From positions 1 to 51,505 of the forward strand of contig CABUZU010000001.1 in NCBI GenBank assembly GCA_902496125.1: a stretch of 51,505 nucleotides of DNA. Direction: 5' to 3'. The DNA comes from an uncultured Lachnospiraceae bacterium (lineage in GTDB: Bacteria; Bacillota; Clostridia; Lachnospirales; Lachnospiraceae). Positions 29,956-40,001 of this stretch are shown piece by piece (positions within the stretch are counted from its first letter, which is position 1; each line of letters begins with the position of its first letter). Under the pieces are notes generated by a model. That model saw nothing but the letters and a program-made list of their open reading frames with translations, was not told the origin of the DNA and did no database searches. The position numbers were made by a program, and so were the translations under genes.

Positions 29956-30843
29956 ATGAGTAAAAAAGGCGGACTAGGAAAGGGACTAGACCTTTTAATC
30001 CCTAAAGGGGTTATGAATATCCCTAAAGCAGATAGTAAAGAAGAAAAATTAGGAATTCAAACTTTAAAACTATCTGAAATCGAACCGAATAAGGAACAAC
30101 CAAGAAAAAAATTTGACGAAGGCTCTATTAATGAATTATCTGACTCTATTAAACAATATGGCGTAATTCAACCAATTGTAGTATGTAAAAAAGACGAACA
30201 CTATGAAATCGTTACAGGCGAAAGACGCTGGAGAGCTGCTAAGAAAGCCGGATTAAAGGAAATTCCTGTTGTTGTTAGAGAATATACCGAGCAAGAAATC
30301 ATGGCTATTTCATTAATAGAAAATATTCAGCGACAAGATTTAAATCCCATTGAAGAAGCAGTTGCTTATCAAAGGCTTTTAGATGAATTTCAAATTACCC
30401 AAGAAGAATTAGCAAATCGAGTATCGAAAAGCCGAACCACTATCACAAATACTATGAGGTTATTAAAGCTTCTTCCCAAAGTACAGCAAATGCTAATTAA
30501 TGAGGAAATTAGTAATGGTCATGCTCGTGCATTGCTTGCACTTGAAGATTCAACCAAACAATTACAAGTTGCACAAAGCATTGTCAGCAATAATCTAAAT
30601 GTAAGAGACACTGAACAATTAGTGAAAAAAATAAATGAAGAAGCAATTCAAAAAGATATCAAAAAAGATATCGAACACGAAAAAGCTTCTAATGCATATC
30701 GTGAAATTGAAGAACAATTAAAAAATATCTTAGGAACAAAAGTTCAAATAAAAAATAAAAAAGGCAATAAAGGTAAAATCGAAATTGAATATTATTCATT
30801 AGAAGATTTTGAAAGACTTATTGACTTATTTAATCACAACTAA
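29956..30843 (+). CDS. parB: Chromosome partitioning protein ParB/Spo0J
   Basis: GLGKGL, QPRK, GERRWRA, ENIQRQDLNPIEEA, KSRTTITN and GHARALL motifs. Confidence 0.97.
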   Translation: MSKKGGLGKGLDLLIPKGVMNIPKADSKEEKLGIQTLKLSEIEPNKEQPRKKFDEGSINELSDSIKQYGVIQPIVVCKKDEHYEIVTGERRWRAAKKAGLKEIPVVVREYTEQEIMAISLIENIQRQDLNPIEEAVAYQRLLDEFQITQEELANRVSKSRTTITNTMRLLKLLPKVQQMLINEEISNGHARALLALEDSTKQLQVAQSIVSNNLNVRDTEQLVKKINEEAIQKDIKKDIEHEKASNAYREIEEQLKNILGTKVQIKNKKGNKGKIEIEYYSLEDFERLIDLFNHN

Positions 30844-30860
30844 ATATTAGGAGAAAATTA

Positions 30861-31367
30861 ATGGAAGAATTCTTACAACAGCTAACAACATACTTTTCCG
30901 TTTCTGAAAATTTATTATTACTTTTAATAGCCTCTATCGGAATTTTATTACTATTAAATATTATTTCATTTATTAGAATTGGCTCTCTTAAAAGAAAATA
31001 TAAAAAGTTTATGTCTGGTAAAGATTCCATATCCTTAGAAGATACCATCTTACAGCAAAAAGTTGAAATTGAAAAACTAACAGGAGCGATCAAAGATAAA
31101 GATGCGGTAATTGATGAAATTCACTTATTATTAAATAAAACCTATTCAAAATGTGGACTAGTAAAATATGATGCCTTAGACAATATGTCTGGTAAAATTA
31201 GTTTTGCATTTGTCCTCTTAAATAAACAAAATGATGGATTCTTAATGAACTCTATTCATACACGCAATGGCAGTTATGTATATTTAAGAGATATAAAAAA
31301 TGGATTATGTGATGTAAAACTTGGCGAAGAAGAAACACAAGCTTTAGAAATGGCAATAAAATCATAA
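30861..31367 (+). CDS. DUF4446 family protein
   Basis: N-terminal TM, 'KYDA...GKISF...GFLMNSIHTRNG'; usual position after parB in Clostridia. Confidence 0.8.
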   Translation: MEEFLQQLTTYFSVSENLLLLLIASIGILLLLNIISFIRIGSLKRKYKKFMSGKDSISLEDTILQQKVEIEKLTGAIKDKDAVIDEIHLLLNKTYSKCGLVKYDALDNMSGKISFAFVLLNKQNDGFLMNSIHTRNGSYVYLRDIKNGLCDVKLGEEETQALEMAIKS

Positions 31368-31370
31368 GAA

Positions 31371-31386
31371 TGTTTCACGTGAAACA
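31371..31386. promoter_or_regulatory. parS site
   Basis: Perfect TGTTTCACGTGAAACA. Confidence 0.9.
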
Positions 31387-31411
31387 TTTTAGAAAGGAAC
31401 TAGAACTATAA

Positions 31412-32509
31412 ATGGCAGGCTCAATTTTAGGAGATATTTTTAAAATTAGTACATGGGGAGAATCCCATGGAAAAGCATTAGGGGTTGTCGTAGATGGATG
31501 CCCCGCAGGAATTGAATTATGCGAAGAAGATATTCAAATATATTTAGATAGAAGAAAACCAGGAAAAAACGAATTCACAACAAATCGTAAAGAATCTGAT
31601 TGTGTAGAAATTTTATCGGGAGTATTTGAAGGAAAGACAACCGGAACACCAATTAGTATGGTAGTTTTTAATAAAGACCAACGCTCAAAAGATTATTCAC
31701 AAATTGCAGCTTGTTATCGACCAGGACATGCGGATTATACTTTTGATGCGAAATTTGGATTTAGAGATTATCGTGGTGGTGGACGTTCTTCTGGTCGTGA
31801 AACAATTGGACGAGTTGCTGCTGGTGCAATTGCAGCAAAAGTCTTAAAAGAATTAGGTATTAAACTTTGTGCCTATACGAAAAGTATTGGAGATATCGAA
31901 ATTAATTTTAACAATTTTGATAAAAAATGGATTAATAAAGACCCACTCTATATGCCAGATAAAGAAGCATCTATAAAAGCTCAAGCCTATCTTCAAAAAG
32001 TTCGAGAAGAACAGGACTCTGCTGGTGGGATTATTGAATGTAAAATTTCTAATTTACCAACTGGTATTGGAAATCCAGTATTTGATAAATTAGATGCAAA
32101 TCTAGCAAAGGCAATTTTATCCATTGGAGCTGTAAAAGGCTTCGAAATTGGTAGTGGTTTTGAAGTTGCTAAAATGAAAGGCAGCCAAAACAATGACAAC
32201 TTTAAACTCCAAGGCGATAAAATTATAAAAGAAACAAACCATGCTGGTGGAGTTCTGGGTGGAATGAGTGATGGAGATGAAATTGTATTTCGTGCAGCAA
32301 TCAAACCAACTCCTAGTATTTCTAAAGAACAAAAAACCGTAACAATAGATGGTGAAGAAACTACTATTCAAATTCATGGACGTCATGATCCTGTAGTAGT
32401 CCCAAGAGCTGTAGTAGTAGTAGAATCTATGGCAGCAATTACTGTATTAGACTTGTTACTTTCTGGAATGAGTAGTACAATTGATAGAGTAAAAAAAATT
32501 TACTTATAG
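31412..32509 (+). CDS. aroC: Chorismate synthase
   Basis: GESHG, RPGHAD, RGGGRSSGRET, KPTPSI and GRHDP motifs. Confidence 0.97.
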   Translation: MAGSILGDIFKISTWGESHGKALGVVVDGCPAGIELCEEDIQIYLDRRKPGKNEFTTNRKESDCVEILSGVFEGKTTGTPISMVVFNKDQRSKDYSQIAACYRPGHADYTFDAKFGFRDYRGGGRSSGRETIGRVAAGAIAAKVLKELGIKLCAYTKSIGDIEINFNNFDKKWINKDPLYMPDKEASIKAQAYLQKVREEQDSAGGIIECKISNLPTGIGNPVFDKLDANLAKAILSIGAVKGFEIGSGFEVAKMKGSQNNDNFKLQGDKIIKETNHAGGVLGGMSDGDEIVFRAAIKPTPSISKEQKTVTIDGEETTIQIHGRHDPVVVPRAVVVVESMAAITVLDLLLSGMSSTIDRVKKIYL

Positions 32510-32511
32510 AT

Positions 32512-32547
32512 AAAAGCTAGATGTTTCACGTGAAACATCTAGCTTTT
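32512..32547. terminator. 36-bp perfect palindrome: parS (32522-32537) embedded in a terminator-like hairpin
   Basis: AAAAGCTAGA-TGTTTCACGTGAAACA-TCTAGCTTTT right after the aroC stop. Confidence 0.85.
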
Positions 32548-32570
32548 GTATAAAAATGGGAGGTGCAAAT

Positions 32571-33524
32571 ATGAAATCGAAAAATAAAGTTCTTTTAAAA
32601 GCAGCAACCACCACTGCTCTCTCTCTTGGTGTAATTTCTATCGGAAATTATAAAGAATTTAAACTATCAACCAAGAACAACCTTTTAGCAAATTCAAACT
32701 CTTTATTTTATCAATGGCGTTTTGGCAAGATTCATTACACAAAACAAGGAAAAGGTACACCGCTACTCCTACTCCATGACCTTTCACCTATAAATTGTGA
32801 TTACGAATGGCATCTAATTATAGATAAACTTTCTACAAAATATACTGTTTATACTCTAGATTTTCTAGGATGTGGACAGTCCGATAAACCCGCTTTAACT
32901 TATACTAATTTTTTATATGTACAAATGCTATCTGATTTTATTAGACAAATTATTAATCAAAAGACTCAAGTAATTGCCAGTGGAAATGCTTGTTCGATTG
33001 TAACAATGCTATGCAATTATGATAAGGAATTGGTTGAAAAGATTATTTTTATTAATCCCCCAAATCTTAAATCAACTGCAAAGGCTCCTAGCAAACGAAA
33101 AAAAACGCTCAAACGCTTACTATCCTTTCCAATTATTGGTACACTTATTTATAATTTACAATATTCAGAAAACATGATTGAAGAAACACTTCAACAACAG
33201 TTTTCTAATATTCAGTCTATCACAAAAAAGGAATTATTATTAAGAAAAGAATGTGCTCACTTAGGTTCTCCTAGTTGTAAAGATTTCTTTACCAGTTTAA
33301 ATTCAGACTATATAAACTTTCCAACTTATCGTGCGTTTAAAAACTTAAATAATTCTATTATTATTTTAGGCGGAATAAGTGAACCGAATATATGTTCCAA
33401 TTTAAACGAATACAAACAATTAAATCCCTCTATAGAAATCGATTTTATTCATAATAGTAAACATTATCCAGCTTTAGAAAATCCAAATGCATTATTGAAT
33501 CTTATTTCTGTATACTTTATCTAA
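32571..33524 (+). CDS. Alpha/beta-hydrolase fold protein
   Basis: GKGTPLLLLH, DFLGCGQSDKP and HYPALENP motifs; atypical nucleophile elbow (IASGNA). Confidence 0.8.
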   Translation: MKSKNKVLLKAATTTALSLGVISIGNYKEFKLSTKNNLLANSNSLFYQWRFGKIHYTKQGKGTPLLLLHDLSPINCDYEWHLIIDKLSTKYTVYTLDFLGCGQSDKPALTYTNFLYVQMLSDFIRQIINQKTQVIASGNACSIVTMLCNYDKELVEKIIFINPPNLKSTAKAPSKRKKTLKRLLSFPIIGTLIYNLQYSENMIEETLQQQFSNIQSITKKELLLRKECAHLGSPSCKDFFTSLNSDYINFPTYRAFKNLNNSIIILGGISEPNICSNLNEYKQLNPSIEIDFIHNSKHYPALENPNALLNLISVYFI

Positions 33525-33532
33525 TATTAAAA

Positions 33533-33577
33533 AAATCTTGAAAATTCTAAGAATCCCTTAGTTTTTCAAGATTTCTT
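33533..33577 (+). terminator. Probable terminator hairpin
   Basis: AAATCTTGAAAA..CTAAG / CTTAG..TTTTCAAGATTT. Confidence 0.6.
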
Positions 33578-33711
33578 TAAGTTTTATCCAATCCCTTCAA
33601 TTTTAGACTATTTAAAATTTAATATTTCAACTATTTACAAACGTCAATTTTTGTTGTAAAATAATATACTACTATAATTGCGGAAAGAAGTCAGAAAGGA
33701 GGGAAATCATC

Positions 33712-34782
33712 ATGTTTTTATCAAATGTTGCGTCAATTGAACGAGATGTTTTAATTCGAGCACTCGGTCTACAAAAGAATTACAAAGAAACCTATGAAGA
33801 AGATGGATTTGCTATCGATTTAGATAAATCTGGTTGCTATGGATGTCCATTTTATCAACGTAAAATAAATCCTGATGATTACTCTCCTGCTGAAATTCAA
33901 GATGCATACTCTTATTGTAAGACTTGTCCTACAGTTATGTACAAACGTACTTACAAGAAGGTTCAAACTCCTTATAATCATGCAAAAATAAAACTTGGCT
34001 ATCTTTCTCGATTACCAAAAAATTCTCTTAAATTGTTTTTACTTTATCATTTTCTATCTCCTGATAGATATGGTACATTATACGATTTAAATGTTCACGA
34101 ATTAGCTGAAATTATGAATTGCTCTCCTCAGACAATTTACAATAGCAATAATAAGTTGATAAATTTTGGCTATGTCATTGAAGGTGAGTCTTATTATCAG
34201 AGCTGTCTCACACTCTGCTTAAGTGAATACCACAATTATTTTGTAAATCCTATCGAAGATACTTCTAGTTATATTGTATTAACAAAAGAAATTCTACTAG
34301 GATTAATGACTCTTCCAGTAAATGCTCTACGTCTCGCTCTTCGTGCCTACTTAGAGCTTGATTATGATGCCCAAAGTGCAACAGATACTGGAAAGACCTT
34401 TTCTTTAAAAGAATTACAACATTATTTACCAGATTATTGTCATCCTAATATTATCCGTAAGGCTTTAGAACATCTAAAGGATATCTTTAGTGTTTCTATA
34501 TCTACTTACAGTACCGATATAATTATGGATTCTAAGAAAAATCCTCATCAAATTATCAAAAAGGAGAAGCAACTGGCACTTAATGCGATTAAACATTCTT
34601 CTTACCTAAGTATCAATAGTTCAGACCGTGACCGTGAAGACTTTGTGCGTTTAGCAGCTGAATATACTTGTCAAACGGTAAAAAAAGCTTTTTCCTATTT
34701 CCAACGACACAAAGTTAAAACTTCCAATTTAGGTGCATGGTTGAATTATTTTATTCACAATCCGATACCTGAAAAAACGTAG
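33712..34782 (+). CDS. Hypothetical DNA-binding protein (CxxC..CxxC, winged HTH, DnaD/Rep-like C-terminus)
   Basis: CYGC...CKTC; LNVHELAEIMNCSPQTIYNSNNKLINFGYV; strong RBS AAAGGAGG and TTTACA-17-TAAAAT promoter (33634-33662). Confidence 0.7.
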   Translation: MFLSNVASIERDVLIRALGLQKNYKETYEEDGFAIDLDKSGCYGCPFYQRKINPDDYSPAEIQDAYSYCKTCPTVMYKRTYKKVQTPYNHAKIKLGYLSRLPKNSLKLFLLYHFLSPDRYGTLYDLNVHELAEIMNCSPQTIYNSNNKLINFGYVIEGESYYQSCLTLCLSEYHNYFVNPIEDTSSYIVLTKEILLGLMTLPVNALRLALRAYLELDYDAQSATDTGKTFSLKELQHYLPDYCHPNIIRKALEHLKDIFSVSISTYSTDIIMDSKKNPHQIIKKEKQLALNAIKHSSYLSINSSDRDREDFVRLAAEYTCQTVKKAFSYFQRHKVKTSNLGAWLNYFIHNPIPEKT

Positions 34783-34805
34783 CATTATGAAACTAAATAT
34801 AGTCG

Positions 34806-34833
34806 AAAGCCTTCTGAAATAAGAGGGCTTTTT
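34806..34833 (+). terminator. Intrinsic terminator
   Basis: AAAGCCTTCT-gaaata-AGAGGGCTTTTT. Confidence 0.75.
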
Positions 34834-34905
34834 GTCGTGTCAATAATCTCTTTTTTTCATTTTAATTTTCATTTTTTCTAGTATAACACCTTTTTACCTA
34901 TTAAA

Positions 34906-35031
34906 TTTTTCATCATTTTCTTAAAAAAATCATCAATACTGTTATAAAAAAATCATCAGATATTTTTAATTATAAAACTGAAAAATTAATAATCAAAAAA
35001 ATCACCAGTATCAACTTTTTTCATCATTTTT
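34906..35031. repeat. Iteron-like array, five TCA(T/C)CA units in an AT-rich tract
   Basis: A7-TCATCA at 34923 and 34946, A7-TCACCA at 34995; TTTTTCATCATTTT at 34906 and 35017. Confidence 0.6.
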
Positions 35032-35045
35032 CTAAATAATTCTGT

Positions 35046-35098
35046 AAAAAAAAAGTAGGTTGAAGTTAAACTATCCTTTGTATAACTTCAACCTACTT
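35046..35098 (-). terminator. Terminator of the mnmE-mnmG-rsmG operon
   Basis: 16-bp stem AAGTAGGTTGAAGTTA/TAACTTCAACCTACTT with a U-tract on the minus strand. Confidence 0.85.
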
Positions 35099-35111
35099 CT
35101 ATAATCTTATT

Positions 35112-35816
35112 CTATAGTGGACTCTTCACTGGAGTTCCTGCTTTTCTAGGATACTTTTTCGGTGTATTTTCTTTCTTTCGAATCACCAACAAATTTCTTT
35201 CACTATCGCCTAAATTAAAACTATAATTTGCTTCTAACTGACATTTTAGTACCTTTAATGCATTGCTAGACTGCTCAATTTCTTCGTTTGCTTTTAACGA
35301 TTTATAAGCAATAAAACAACCATTTTTTTTCAAAAATGGAATGCAAAACTCTAATAAAATTGGTAAAGATGCTACCGCACGAGATACGCAAAAATCAAAT
35401 TGTTCCCTATAATCTGCATTTCTACCTAGCTCTTCTGCTCTTGCATGAATAGCCTCTATTCCTTCAAGACCTAATTGGGCAATTACATCATTTAAAAACT
35501 TTACTCTTTTATTTAAAGAATCCACTAATGTTACCTTTAAATTTGGATATAAAATCTTTAATGGAATACCTGGAAAGCCAGCTCCAGTACCCATATCAAG
35601 TACCTTGGCATCTTCTTTCCAATGTACAAATTTCGAAGCCATTACGCTGTCTAAATAATGTTTTTCTAACACTTCTTCATACTCTGTAATTGCCGTTAAA
35701 TTCATAACTTTATTCACTTCTATCATTTTATGATAATACATTAGAAACTGTTCTACTTGTTTATCATTTAAGCTAAATCCTTGTTCTTTAAATACTTCTT
35801 TTAATTTTTCTTTCAA
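35112..35816 (-). CDS. rsmG: 16S rRNA m7G527 methyltransferase
   Basis: MNLTAI, DMGTGAGFPG, SRAVA and YPRKAG motifs. Confidence 0.97.
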   Translation of the reverse strand: MKEKLKEVFKEQGFSLNDKQVEQFLMYYHKMIEVNKVMNLTAITEYEEVLEKHYLDSVMASKFVHWKEDAKVLDMGTGAGFPGIPLKILYPNLKVTLVDSLNKRVKFLNDVIAQLGLEGIEAIHARAEELGRNADYREQFDFCVSRAVASLPILLEFCIPFLKKNGCFIAYKSLKANEEIEQSSNALKVLKCQLEANYSFNLGDSERNLLVIRKKENTPKKYPRKAGTPVKSPL

Positions 35817-35824
35817 TGTATCAC

Positions 35825-37699
35825 CTACTTATTTTGCTTTAAATATACAGTCAACACCGAAATATCAGCTGGTGAAACCCCTGAAATACGACTTGCCTGT
35901 CCAATTGACAATGGTTTATAAAGGTTTAATTTCTGAATTGCTTCTCTTCTTAGACCTTGAATTTGAGAGTAATCAAAATTAGGGTCTAACTTTCTTCCTT
36001 CTGCCTTTTTAAATTGATGTACCTGTTGTGTTTGACGTTTAATATAGCCTTCATATTTTAAATTAATATTAACTTGTTCACGCACATCTTCTGGCAATTC
36101 TTCTCTCTTTTCATCAATTTCGCCAACTAAATCATAATTTAATTCTGGTCTTCTTATAAGTTCGGCAAGCGTTGTTCCACTCTTTAATGGTGTACTATTA
36201 TTTGCTTCAAGAAAAGCTTGTACTTTCTTATTTGCACCAATGTTTGTACTCTTTAAACGCTCAAGTTCCTTATTTATTGCATCAATTTTATCTAAAACTG
36301 CCTGATATCTTTCATCGGAAATTAAACCAACTTTATGTCCAATTCCAGATAAACGAATGTCTGCATTATCCTGTCTTAATAACAAACGATATTCTGACCT
36401 TGAAGTCATCATTCGATAAGGTTCATGGTTTTCCTTTGTTACTAAATCATCGATTAAAACGCCGATATAAGCCTCTGAACGGTCAATAATGAGTAAATCC
36501 CTATCTAACACACTTAAAGCTGCATTTATGCCCGCTACAAGCCCTTGTGCGGCTGCTTCTTCATAACCCGAACTACCATTAAACTGTCCGCCAGCAAAAA
36601 GCCCCTTAATTTTCTTAAATTCTAAGGTAGCTCTTAACTGATTTGGATTAATACAATCATACTCAATTGCATAAGCGTTTCGAACAATCTTAACATGTTC
36701 AAGACCAGGAACTGTCTTATACATTTCATACTGTACGTCTTCTGGCAAAGAGCTTGACATCCCACCTAAATACATCTCATTTGTATATAATCCTTCTGGT
36801 TCAATAAATACCTGATGTCTATTTTTATCTGCAAATTTTACTACTTTATCTTCAATAGAAGGACAATATCTAGGACCTGTACCCTCAATTGCACCTGAAA
36901 ATAGTGGAGAACGGTCTAAATTTGCCTTAATAATCTCATGTGTTTTCTCATTCGTATAAGTTAACCAGCAAGAAACTTGGTCTTTTTGCACACTTTTAGG
37001 GTCTGTAGTAAATGAAAATGGTACAACCTTTTCATCACCAAATTGTTCTTCCATCTTACTAAAATCAATGCTTCTTCTATCAACTCTAGCAGGTGTACCG
37101 GTTTTAAATCTTACCATTTCAATTCCATTTGCTTTTAAACTATCAGTCAAATGGTTTGCTGCTTGGAGACCATTAGGTCCTGTATAATTACTAACATCTC
37201 CATAGATGCAACGAGCTCTTAAATAAGTTCCTGTACATAAAACAACGCTCTTACAATAATAAGTTGCACCAGAGAAGGTTTTTACACCTTTTATTGTGCC
37301 ATTTTCTACAATTAATTCGCTAACCTCTGCCTGTCGAATGGTCAAATGGTCTGTATTTTCTAATGTAAATCTCATTTGTCTACTATAATCTTGTTTGTCA
37401 GCCTGTGCTCTTAAGGAATGTACAGCAGGTCCTTTCGACTGGTTAAGCATCTTAGATTGGATAAAGGACTTATCAATATTTTTACCCATTTCTCCACCTA
37501 ATGCATCAATTTCACGAACCAAATGTCCCTTTGAGCTTCCACCTACATTAGGATTACATGGCATTAAAGCAATACTATCTACGCTGACTGTAAACATAAT
37601 AGTTTCAAGTCCAAGTCTTGCAGATGCTAATGCAGCTTCACAGCCTGCATGACCAGCACCTACAACTACTACATCATATTTTTCTACTAAATTAGGCAT
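35825..37699 (-). CDS. mnmG: tRNA uridine 5-carboxymethylaminomethyl modification enzyme
   Basis: [27 protein letters not shown] and GYEEAAAQG motifs. Confidence 0.98.
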   Translation of the reverse strand: MPNLVEKYDVVVVGAGHAGCEAALASARLGLETIMFTVSVDSIALMPCNPNVGGSSKGHLVREIDALGGEMGKNIDKSFIQSKMLNQSKGPAVHSLRAQADKQDYSRQMRFTLENTDHLTIRQAEVSELIVENGTIKGVKTFSGATYYCKSVVLCTGTYLRARCIYGDVSNYTGPNGLQAANHLTDSLKANGIEMVRFKTGTPARVDRRSIDFSKMEEQFGDEKVVPFSFTTDPKSVQKDQVSCWLTYTNEKTHEIIKANLDRSPLFSGAIEGTGPRYCPSIEDKVVKFADKNRHQVFIEPEGLYTNEMYLGGMSSSLPEDVQYEMYKTVPGLEHVKIVRNAYAIEYDCINPNQLRATLEFKKIKGLFAGGQFNGSSGYEEAAAQGLVAGINAALSVLDRDLLIIDRSEAYIGVLIDDLVTKENHEPYRMMTSRSEYRLLLRQDNADIRLSGIGHKVGLISDERYQAVLDKIDAINKELERLKSTNIGANKKVQAFLEANNSTPLKSGTTLAELIRRPELNYDLVGEIDEKREELPEDVREQVNINLKYEGYIKRQTQQVHQFKKAEGRKLDPNFDYSQIQGLRREAIQKLNLYKPLSIGQASRISGVSPADISVLTVYLKQNK

Positions 37700-37717
37700 T
37701 GTAGCACCTCATTTCTA

Positions 37718-39097
37718 TTATTTGCCCATACAGAATTTACTAAATATTTCATTTACCAAATCATCTTCTACAGATTCGCCAATAATCATTCCCAATTGCT
37801 CATATGCATCCATTAAATCAATTGAGAAAAAATCCTCTGGCATTTCATTGTGAATGCTATCTAACACTAATGCTAAGCTTTTTCTAGCATTCTCTAAAGC
37901 CACTTTATGTCTAGCATTAGTAAGATAAAGCTCATCATTAAACTTGATTTCATTTTGATAAAATAGGTCTTTTATTTTCTCTTTTAATTCTACAAATCCT
38001 GTAGCCTCTTTTGCTGAAAAAGCAATCACAGTTTTATTCGTTAACCTACTAATTTCTTCTTGTGAAATCACCGCTTCTAAATCGCTTTTATTATATAATA
38101 CAATTACCTTTTTATCTTGAATCTGGTTGATAATTTCATAGTCATTATCATCTAAGTTTCTGGTTGCGTCAACTACATATAAGATTAAATCTGCATTCTG
38201 TGCCTGTTCTTTTGCTCTTGTAACACCAATTTTTTCTACAATATCCTCAGTATCTCTAATTCCAGCTGTATCTACAATATTTAAACTAATCCCATCTAAG
38301 GTAATATGCTCTTCTAATGTATCCCTTGTCGTTCCTGCAATATCGGTAACAATCGCTCTTTCTGAGCCTACTAATAGGTTTAATAGAGAAGATTTACCCG
38401 CATTAGGCTTTCCTAAAATAACGGTCTTAATTCCCTCTGCTAAAATTCGACCATCTTCTGAATTTCGAAGTAAATTATCCACATCTTTTAACAAGATATC
38501 AATCGTTTTCTCTAATTTCTGTGGATAACCATCTAAACTAATGTGTTCTGGATCATCTAAAGCCGACTCAATATACGCAATCTCATAAATTACTTTCTCT
38601 CGCAATTCTTTTACTTTCTTTGATACTTGCCCTGAAAGTTGGCCTACTGCACTGTGTAAAGCAAATTCGTTTTGCGAATTAATTACATCGATGACAGCCT
38701 CTGCTTGAGATAAATCAATTCGTCCATTTAAAAATGCTCTCTTTGTAAATTCTCCTGCTTCTGCTGGACGTACTCCTTGCTTTAATACGGTTTCTAATAC
38801 CTTTCTAGTAACTAATACACCACCATGACAGTTAATTTCAATAACATCTTCCGCTGTATAGCTTCCTGGTCCTCTCATAACAGAAACTAAAACTTCATCT
38901 ATTACCTCATCTCCATCGCAAATATGACCATAATGAAGAGTATACGTTGGAGCATCTATTAGTTTCTTTTTCTTATTTTTAGGCTTAAAAATTTTATCTG
39001 CTACTAAAATTGCATCAGGTCCACTCATTCTTACTATTCCAATACCAGAATGGCTCATTGCAGTTCCAATTGCAGCAATTGTATCATTATGATTCAT
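37718..39097 (-). CDS. mnmE: tRNA modification GTPase
   Basis: GKPNAGKSS, GTTRD, DTAG, NKSD motifs and C-terminal FCMGK. Confidence 0.98.
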   Translation of the reverse strand: MNHNDTIAAIGTAMSHSGIGIVRMSGPDAILVADKIFKPKNKKKKLIDAPTYTLHYGHICDGDEVIDEVLVSVMRGPGSYTAEDVIEINCHGGVLVTRKVLETVLKQGVRPAEAGEFTKRAFLNGRIDLSQAEAVIDVINSQNEFALHSAVGQLSGQVSKKVKELREKVIYEIAYIESALDDPEHISLDGYPQKLEKTIDILLKDVDNLLRNSEDGRILAEGIKTVILGKPNAGKSSLLNLLVGSERAIVTDIAGTTRDTLEEHITLDGISLNIVDTAGIRDTEDIVEKIGVTRAKEQAQNADLILYVVDATRNLDDNDYEIINQIQDKKVIVLYNKSDLEAVISQEEISRLTNKTVIAFSAKEATGFVELKEKIKDLFYQNEIKFNDELYLTNARHKVALENARKSLALVLDSIHNEMPEDFFSIDLMDAYEQLGMIIGESVEDDLVNEIFSKFCMGK

Positions 39098-39126
39098 AAA
39101 ACGCCTCCATTTATAAATTATTCACA

Positions 39127-39155
39127 AAAGGGGATGCCATTTTGACATCCCCTCT
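39127..39155 (-). terminator. Terminator after jag
   Basis: AGGGGATGTC-aaaat-GGCATCCCCTTTT on the minus strand. Confidence 0.75.
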
Positions 39156-39162
39156 ATTATTT

Positions 39163-39975
39163 CTATTCTTCTGTTGTAGACTCCTCAACTGGGCTATCAA
39201 CAGCTTCCTCACGGTTTTGAGTAAAATCATGATTATACTCATGACGCTCTTGACGATATTTACTATGACCGTTTGTTCTATAATTATTGTTATAACGACC
39301 ATATCCACTCTTACTACTATTTCCTCTAGCCGCATAAGATTTCTCTCTCTTTAGAGAAATTACAATATGACGGAAAGGCTCTTCACCCTCACTACGAGTA
39401 ACGACATATTTGTCATTTTGTAATGCTGAATGAATCACTCTTCGTTCATAAGGATTCATAGGTTCAAGTGATACTGGACGTTTGGTTTTCTTTACTTTAA
39501 AAGCAATATTTCTTGCAAGATTTTCTAAAGTTTCTTTTCTTCTTTCACGATAATTTTCTGTATCTAGTTTTACGCGAATATATTCATCTTCGTTCTTATT
39601 CACGATTAAACCAGTTAAATACTGTAAAGAATCTAAGGTCTGTCCTCTTTTTCCGATTAAGATACCCATATCTTCACCGATTAGGTTAATATCCATTACT
39701 TTTTCTTCTTCATTAACCTTACAGTCTACCGTTACATCAATTCCCATTGCTTTACATACTTGCTGTAAAAAGTCCTCTGGAGTTTTTGTAACTGGAACTT
39801 CTTCTTCTTTCACCCATGCCTTAATTATCGCTGGTTTTCTACCAATTCCGAAAAGACCTGCACTACCTTTTTCAATCACTTCATATTCAATTTTATCACT
39901 AGTAGTCTCTAGTTTGATTAATGCTTGTGTTACTGCATCCTCTACTGTTTTAGCAGAAATTTCTACTGCATCCAT
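39163..39975 (-). CDS. jag: RNA-binding protein Jag/KhpB/EloR
   Basis: Jag_N domain, KH (LIGKRGQTLDSLQ) and R3H (ERRVIH); RBS supports ATG 39975. Confidence 0.95.
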   Translation of the reverse strand: MDAVEISAKTVEDAVTQALIKLETTSDKIEYEVIEKGSAGLFGIGRKPAIIKAWVKEEEVPVTKTPEDFLQQVCKAMGIDVTVDCKVNEEEKVMDINLIGEDMGILIGKRGQTLDSLQYLTGLIVNKNEDEYIRVKLDTENYRERRKETLENLARNIAFKVKKTKRPVSLEPMNPYERRVIHSALQNDKYVVTRSEGEEPFRHIVISLKREKSYAARGNSSKSGYGRYNNNYRTNGHSKYRQERHEYNHDFTQNREEAVDSPVEESTTEE

Positions 39976-40001
39976 CACACGACCTCCGCTAAATAAAGAC
40001 A

